Part shown: positions 58,101 through 64,000 of the stretch, piece by piece
Layout: each line of letters starts with the position of its first letter
Numbering within the stretch: position 1 is the first letter of the stretch
Assembly: GCA_963514005.1 (NCBI GenBank)
Contig: OY740804.1
Coordinates: 5,828,001 to 5,892,000 of the forward strand
Length of the DNA: 64,000 nucleotides
Origin: Raja brachyura
Lineage: Eukaryota
Direction: 5' to 3'
Notes under the pieces: generated by a model
Told to the model about the DNA's origin: nothing
Database searches by the model: none
The model's input: the letters and a program-made list of their open reading frames with translations, nothing else
Translations under genes and position numbers: made by a program

Positions 58101-61100
58101 GCAACTCACCAAGATTCGCAAGACATTCCCTTCCAATTGCAACAGGCATTCAATGAATCACTCTTCACCATTCACACTCTCATTGGTTGGGAAGCGCTTT
58201 GGAACGACCTGTGCAGATGGTGAGGGACGGTGTACAGTATCTGTCTCTCATCGCAATCTAAGTGGAATTCAACAGTTAAGAACATCATTGGGCGGACTCC
58301 CCTATGCACATTGATGTATACTATAATGCATATGTTTGTGAAAGGCTAATTTTGCTCTTCACTTTATGAAAGATTTTTCCTTCAGTTTCAGGTGCATTGT
58401 GGGCTGAGAGCGAAGTAAGCGGGGTTGTGGGAAGAGTGATCACAATCGATTGTCGCTATGCAGCAGTGTACCGCTCACACACAAAATACTGGTGCCCTGG
58501 GACAAGTCGCAAGTGTACACATATAGTGGAAACAAATGGGAAACATGGACAGAGCGGAAGGGTGTCAATCACAGATAACCCAGCACGAGGAATATTTACT
58601 GTGACTGTGGAGGATCTTCACTCTGGAGATACAGGATGGTACATTTGTGGAATTACTACACCTGGCGAACCAACATTTAATGTACATCTCCAAGTATCTG
58701 AAGGTAGGTTTCTCAGTGAGTGACTTCATGTCTCGATTTTTCATTTGCATAAAACATGTGTTTGGTCAAATATGGGAGTCTGGAGCAATGTTCTGGTCGC
58801 CACTTTATAAAACAAAAGATGTGAAAGGTTTGGAGAAGTTGCAGAAAAGGTTCACCGGGATATTTAGTTGTAGTTTACAAATGCAACATGGAAACGGATC
58901 CTTTGGCCCACCGAGTCCACACCGACTAGCGATCACCGGTCACACTAGTTCTATGTTATTCCACTTTCCCAGTCGCCCCCTGCACACAAATTTACAATAC
59001 CACCATTCACACACCTCATTAGTGCAACATTATCACTATCAACAATTTTATACAAGGAAATTAAAACGTTGTTGATAGTGATAATGTTGCACTAATGAGG
59101 TGTTTGAATGTTGGTATTGTAGAATTGTGGCAGAGTTTCAGATTAAAAGAAGATTAACTGCAGATGCTGGAATTGCCAAACAAAGACAGATGGTGCTGCT
59201 GTGTACTGGTACAGTGTCAGACATGGTAGTGCTGGCAGCTGGGAGGATGGAGAGACACTGAGATGTTCAAATCTGGTAAATTGTGAGGAGAAGGAGCAGA
59301 GAAGACTTACAAGGATGTTGCGATGACTTGAGGGCCTGACATACAGGGAGTGGCTGAGCAGATTAGGACTTTGTTTCTTGGAGCGCAGGAGGATGAGGGA
59401 AGATCTTATGGCAGGTAAAAAATCATGCGAGGAATAGATCGATTAAACACACAGAGTCTTTTGCCCAGAGTAGGGGAATCGAGAACTGGAGGACAACGTT
59501 TTAATATGAGGGGGGAATAATTTGACAGGAACCTGGGGAGTAACGTTTTTACATAAAGGTTGGTAGGTACATTAAACGAATTGCCGACAGAAGTAGTTAT
59601 GGCAGGTACTATCGTAATATTTACGAAAATATTCAGGTACCTGAATAGGATACGTTTAGAGGGTTAAGGGCGAAGAAAGCGCAGGTGGAACTAGTGTAGA
59701 TTGGGCATGTTGGCAGCGCGGGCAAGTTAGACCGAATGGCCTGTTTCTACGCTGTATGACTATGATTTTATGTAGATGGATGGGTCAGATTCCAACCTGG
59801 CGGCTCTGGCTAAGATATGGTGGATATTGGCGAATGTTTGATTTTCAGATGATTGATTTTCCGCTCCTTTCCCACAGAACCCGTGTCTGTTCCTGTGCTT
59901 GGATTCCTTTCACCAGCAATGTCTCCTGTCTCGGGGGCTCAGTGACAGTGTCCTGTGAGTCGGTCAGTGGATCCCTTCCCATTAGCTACATCTGGTATGA
60001 AAAGACCCCATCTGGGAATTCAAAGATCTCAGACCAAAATGCCCTGGAACTACATTGTCAATCCTTCAGACACCAGCATCATCAATATTATTGCACAGCC
60101 TCAAATAATAATGGAACAAAATCCAGTGAAATAGCCAACATGTCCATCTCCAGCAGTGACGTATCCTGCAGTTTTCTAGTGAAAACCAACGGCACTGGTA
60201 AGTAGTGGAAGGAATGTGGAGAAGAAGGGGAAGTGGGGGTGGAGTGGTTCATAAGATCACATGTGATAGAAGCTGAAATAGACAATACAATCATGGCTGA
60301 TCTATCTTCCGCTCTTCACCCCATGGTCCTGCCTTCTCCCCAAAGCCCAGACACCATGAAATCCATGCACATTATTTAATTAACATCAATATTAAAATGA
60401 TGGAATTATGGTTCATTTGTCAATACTTGGTTGCTCGGTCCAGAAATAGATTTTCCAGTGCTGATGTCGGCCAGCTTCCTGGCTAGAACAACCGCTTATG
60501 TTTACACAGCTTTTATCTCGATTTGTAGTGACATCAGTCCAAGCACATACACTTTCCCACCACCATCTCCACATAATCCACACTCAGATATGGTAAGGGA
60601 ATGAATATTAGCAGTAAATGTGGCCACAGTTAACTCCTGGATGACGGTATCAGATTTGGTCCACTGTGTTAATGTTGACCATTCTGTACCATCGATACTA
60701 ATCCCATTTACCAGCACCTCGTCCATTCTGGCAATTCAGATACCTCCAGCTTCTAGATTTTAAATATTTATTGAGATCCTTGAAACATCCTGCTCCTGAA
60801 CTTAACCCTGTCGTATCCACTTTTACACATATCTGCCATGCAAAATGTTCCAGAAATACCCTATCTATGCTGCTCACAGTTTTGCACACTTGTAATAGGT
60901 TCTCGCTTCATCACCTGCTCTCCATGGACTTTTATAAAACCCCTATCCAGCCCCTCCCCATCACTGTAATGTTGCATCTGAAGCAATACTCCTCTCGAGT
61001 GAAATTGGACCCTTTTGATTGGTGTATGGATATATCGTGGACTCTTCTGCCCACTGAGTAAACGTCCAGTAATCACCAGTACACTAGTTCCATGGGGAAC

Positions 61101-63382
61101 TAGTAAATAGTTCAATGGGGACAATTTACAGAAGCCAATTAAGCAACGAACTTGCACGACTTCAGATTGCGGGGGAAACTGGAACGCTTGGAGAAAACCC
61201 ACACGTTCACAGGGATGAGGTACAAATACGATACAGACGGCTTCCGGAGTCGGGATCGAACCCGTGCCTCTGGCGCTGAAATGCAGAAACTCTACCTCGG
61301 CGCCACCGTCCCGTACTCGCCTGCTAGTCATGATAACATTTTCCATTTGCTGCAAATCACACTGGAGAAGCATTGCCCTGTCTGTTAAGCCTATCAACTC
61401 CTTACATCGGACACCCAAACTCTCTTGTTCAACTGCAAGTGAAAAGCAGTGAAACTTACTTTTATTTCCTTATTTCCAACAGGTCTTGAATATTCTTGTG
61501 AAAATTCGATAACATCCAATTACTCTGCAAGGTAAACCACTCTGTTTCCAATTAAAGTTACAATGTACTAATTGCTGGTGTTTTGATTGGGAATGCTTTA
61601 ATTGGGGGATAGTTGTGCCTTCCTTTCGCTGGCATTGAATGGCGTGAGTATTGATCTGAATGCACAGTGACACAGCCTGTAGAATTACAGCCTCCGAACG
61701 CACGACCCTGGTTCATTGGGTGTTGTCCAAGTGTGGTCTGCATGTTTTCCCTTTAATTGTGTTGGTTTGATTTAAGTGTCCCAGTTTCCTCCCAGATCCC
61801 AAAGAGAGTTGTAAGTAGTAAATTGCCCCGTGAGTACAGGAAAGCGGGTGAATCTGTGGATAGGGGGTATGTGGGTGGGCGGCGGGAGGGGGATATGAGA
61901 ACATTAATACCGCCGATATGAGCCAACCTCTAACCGAAATTTCGAGCACGATTCTTTCATCCACACACCTACCGCGTTAATCCAAGTAATATCGAGGATG
62001 TGGTATTGAGCATTATAATTTTTTATTGATTTCATTAATTGGCCTCATCTGTTTCCATATTTATTGTCCCACCTGCTTTCCACTGTTAGAATTGATCCTT
62101 TTTTATTATTCCTGTCTATCCATATGGATTTTATTATAATCTTCCTTGCAGCTGCATTTTCTTTCTTTCAGGGTATTACACAGTTCTTTGTATCCTTCCA
62201 CATCCCCAGTTTCTCTCTCCCGTGACTCCCAGTCTGAATAAGGTTCTCGACCCGAAACGTCACCCACGCTGCCTTTCCCGCTCTGTTTCTCCAGCATTTT
62301 GTGTCTATCCACTCTGTATTCACTGTATTCACTGCTCCATCTCATGACTTATTTCTCTGTCTTCTCCGAATCCATTTAACCGTGTAATCTCTCATTCCCA
62401 GTCTTGTAGCCATGCTCCAGCAATGAGGTCAGTAATTGGTGATCATGAGTTGTCCCCCCACCCCCTAGTCCAACACACGTTCTCTCTCCAAACTGATCTC
62501 CATTGACGCTGCTGCTTCGCCCAGACACACTTCATCAAGATTATGAAGCAAATAACAAGTAAATGTTTCAAAGATAAACCGTCTCGTTTCCTCCCATTGA
62601 TTCTGTATCTCTTGCCCTTTGCCCAGTTACATCTCATGGAAAGTGGGGCGCTGGCTGTTCTTTTTCCTGCTTGTGATCTGGAGTATCTCAAACGTGGTGA
62701 TCACAAGAGGCTCTAAGGTAGGTTTTATTGTCATCATGTTCGTAAATTATATGAGCAGAATTGGGGCATTGAGCCCATCATATCTAATCCGCCCCCAATC
62801 ACGGCTGATCTACCCTTCACTCTCGAATCAATTTTCCTGCCTTCTCGCCATAACGCTTGACATCCTTATTTCTCAAGAATATGAAAATCTCCGCCTTAAA
62901 AATATCAATTGATTTGGACATGCAAAATTGCTGAAGTAGCTCGGCGGGACAGGCAGCATCTCCGGTGTGAATTGACTTGGCCTCCACAGGCTCTTGTGGT
63001 AATGAAATCCATAGATTCACCACCCTCTAACCAAAACAATCACTTCTCATCACCTAATGTATCCAAACGATTTCCATTAATGCTTTCGAATATCCTGTCC
63101 ATTGATAGAAACAAAAACCATGCACGTTTTCATATCCTGAAATTAAACCAAACCTCTATGTAGATGATATCACAAGGTGTTTTCAGGTTGTACGTGTGCA
63201 GGGTGGATTTCTGTGCCCGGTGTGGATTCATTGGGGTCCATATTCCAGACAGCAGTGTATTGGGAGTGGCCGTGTCAAATAAAGCGTGCTTCTCACTGTC
63301 AATGAATCTGATGACTTCACATTGTCTTTTGCAGAGACGGGATGAGTCAGAACCTCGCCACTCGGCCCATGAATTACAATGA
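46102..63382 (+). CDS. Gene B: activating-type paralog, L-V-V-V-C2-V-C2(frameshifted)-stalk-charged TM-short tail
   Basis: Exons 46102-46150, 47409-47729, 49710-50024, 54087-54401, 56246-56566, 58386-58703, 59878-60197, 61483-61531, 62627-62717, 63335-63382; phases compatible except for the 320-nt C2b exon. Confidence 0.7.
47409..47729 (+). CDS. Gene B Ig V domain 1
   Basis: Paralog of 12421-12741 with 8 aa differences; splice sites intact. Confidence 0.88.
48981..49088 (-). pseudogene. Second copy of inverted orphan stalk exon
   Basis: Same peptide and splice signals as 13993-14100. Confidence 0.55.
49710..50024 (+). CDS. Gene B Ig V domain 2
   Basis: Protein identical to gene A V2. Confidence 0.88.
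54087..54401 (+). CDS. Gene B Ig V domain 3
   Basis: 3 aa differences from gene A V3. Confidence 0.88.
56246..56566 (+). CDS. Gene B Ig C2-type domain a
   Basis: 1 aa difference from gene A C2a. Confidence 0.88.
57072..57640 (+). mobile_element. Young CR1 3' fragment of the same family as the full-length element; gene B only
   Basis: MSGLSCEERLDRLGLYSLEFRRLRGDL... closely matches the ORF2 C-terminus; absent at ~22065 in copy 1. Confidence 0.9.
58386..58703 (+). CDS. Gene B Ig V domain 4
   Basis: ttccttcag acceptor, G|gtaggt donor; open frame. Confidence 0.88.
59878..60197 (+). pseudogene. Gene B Ig C2-type domain b with 1-nt deletion
   Basis: CCA GC- AAT vs gene A CCA GCC AAT (~59917); exon is 320 nt; premature TGA at 59943-59945. 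Confidence 0.75.
61483..61531 (+). CDS. Gene B stalk exon
   Basis: GLEYSCENSITSNYSA; same length (49 nt) and splice sites as the gene A stalk exon. Confidence 0.75.
62627..62717 (+). CDS. Gene B transmembrane exon with basic residues
   Basis: ccctttgcccag acceptor, AAG|gtaggt donor; phase 2 to 0; SYISWKVGRWLFFFLLVIWSISNVVITRGSK. Confidence 0.75.
63335..63382 (+). CDS. Gene B short terminal cytoplasmic exon without tyrosine
   Basis: gtcttttgcag acceptor, phase 0; RRDESEPRHSAHELQ*; AATAAA at 63767-63772. Confidence 0.6.
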   Translation, partial: RRDESEPRHSAHELQ

Positions 63383-64000
63383 AGGCCCCTAGCTTGCATC
63401 AGCAGTGAGGGAGTTCTGCACCGTGATGAAATATTTATGCATCATCCTGCTTTGTCAACAGATATCTACTGGACAGAATATACGTCTCTTTCAATTCAAC
63501 TAATGATTTAATGAACGTGACTTCAAAGCAATGTTCCAAACTTTCCAAACCATATCTGTTTCCAAATCTCATTTCCCGCACTGATCTTAATTTTCGTCAC
63601 CTCTTCCAATGTTTATTTCGTCAACTTCGATTGTTGTTTTAACCTTTGCATGGTTTCCGTTGCTCCAGCATCTTATACTATGTTAAACTATACTATATGC
63701 GTTCAACGTGCTGCAAAAAAATGTTTTTCACTAATTAATGAATAATAATGCATCAGAAAGCTTCTTAATAAATTGTTATTGTCGCTAAATGGTTTGTCTA
63801 ATTTTTTTTGTGTAGATTGTAACTTTAGTGGTGAAGAACAGACTGCAATCAGACTGCTGGATAATCCTCCTGTTGCCAACCATTAAATGCGTTTAGGAAA
63901 GGCAATCAATTAATTTTTCACACCATGCTATTCTAGCAGGACAAAATTATGCAACGACATTGTTTTGACTATTAACATTATTTTTCTCTCCATGGATGTT

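Larger units (their letters stand above)
34863..60385 (+). repeat. Segmental duplication copy 2
   Basis: See copy 1; differs by indels, a MITE and a CR1 3' fragment. Confidence 0.95.

Noticed and set aside
34863-60385. Duplication as a purely artefactual haplotype duplication
   Set aside because: Copy-specific TE insertions, graded divergence and unrelated TM/tail exons favour real paralogs; the near-identical 13-19 kb block still needs a read-depth check
62410-62427. Possible 18-nt micro-exon before the gene B TM (cttgtag|CCATGCTCCAGCAATGAG|gtcagt)
   Set aside because: Frame-neutral and plausible, but too short to support without RNA data

Overview
Vertebrate genomic DNA, most likely from a cartilaginous fish such as a skate or ray (inferred from the SINE, CR1 and Penelope repeat content). 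The window holds a tandem cluster of CD300/pIgR-type immunoglobulin-superfamily receptor genes on the + strand, probably related to the skate MDIR (modular domain immune-type receptor) family. Exon models were built by hand from splice signals and reading-frame phase, without RNA data. (1) The last two exons of an upstream gene encode an ITIM/ITSM tail (1510-2249). (2) Gene A (10690-37110) is an open ~806-aa model: leader-V-V-V-C2-V-C2-stalk-TM-tail with 2 ITIMs and 1 ITSM, and an Arg inside the TM. (3) Gene B (46102-63382) has a nearly identical ectodomain but an unrelated Lys/Arg-bearing TM exon and a short tail without tyrosine, plus a 1-nt frameshift in its last C2 exon. A and B therefore look like an inhibitory/activating paired-receptor couple. 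A segmental duplication with an offset of ~35 kb (1-~24.4k vs ~34.9-60.4k) probably made gene A a hybrid. Two orphan exons lie on the - strand: a Ser/Thr-rich stalk exon and a terminal exon with YxN motifs. An apparently intact full-length CR1 LINE sits in gene A only; it has an esterase ORF1, an EN-RT ORF2, a target-site duplication, a monomer-repeat 5' UTR and an in-phase UUUAAAC -1 slippery site at the ORF1/ORF2 junction. The rest is CR1 and Penelope fragments (some with hammerhead-like motifs), tRNA-derived SINEs, a Harbinger-type MITE and an intronic hairpin.
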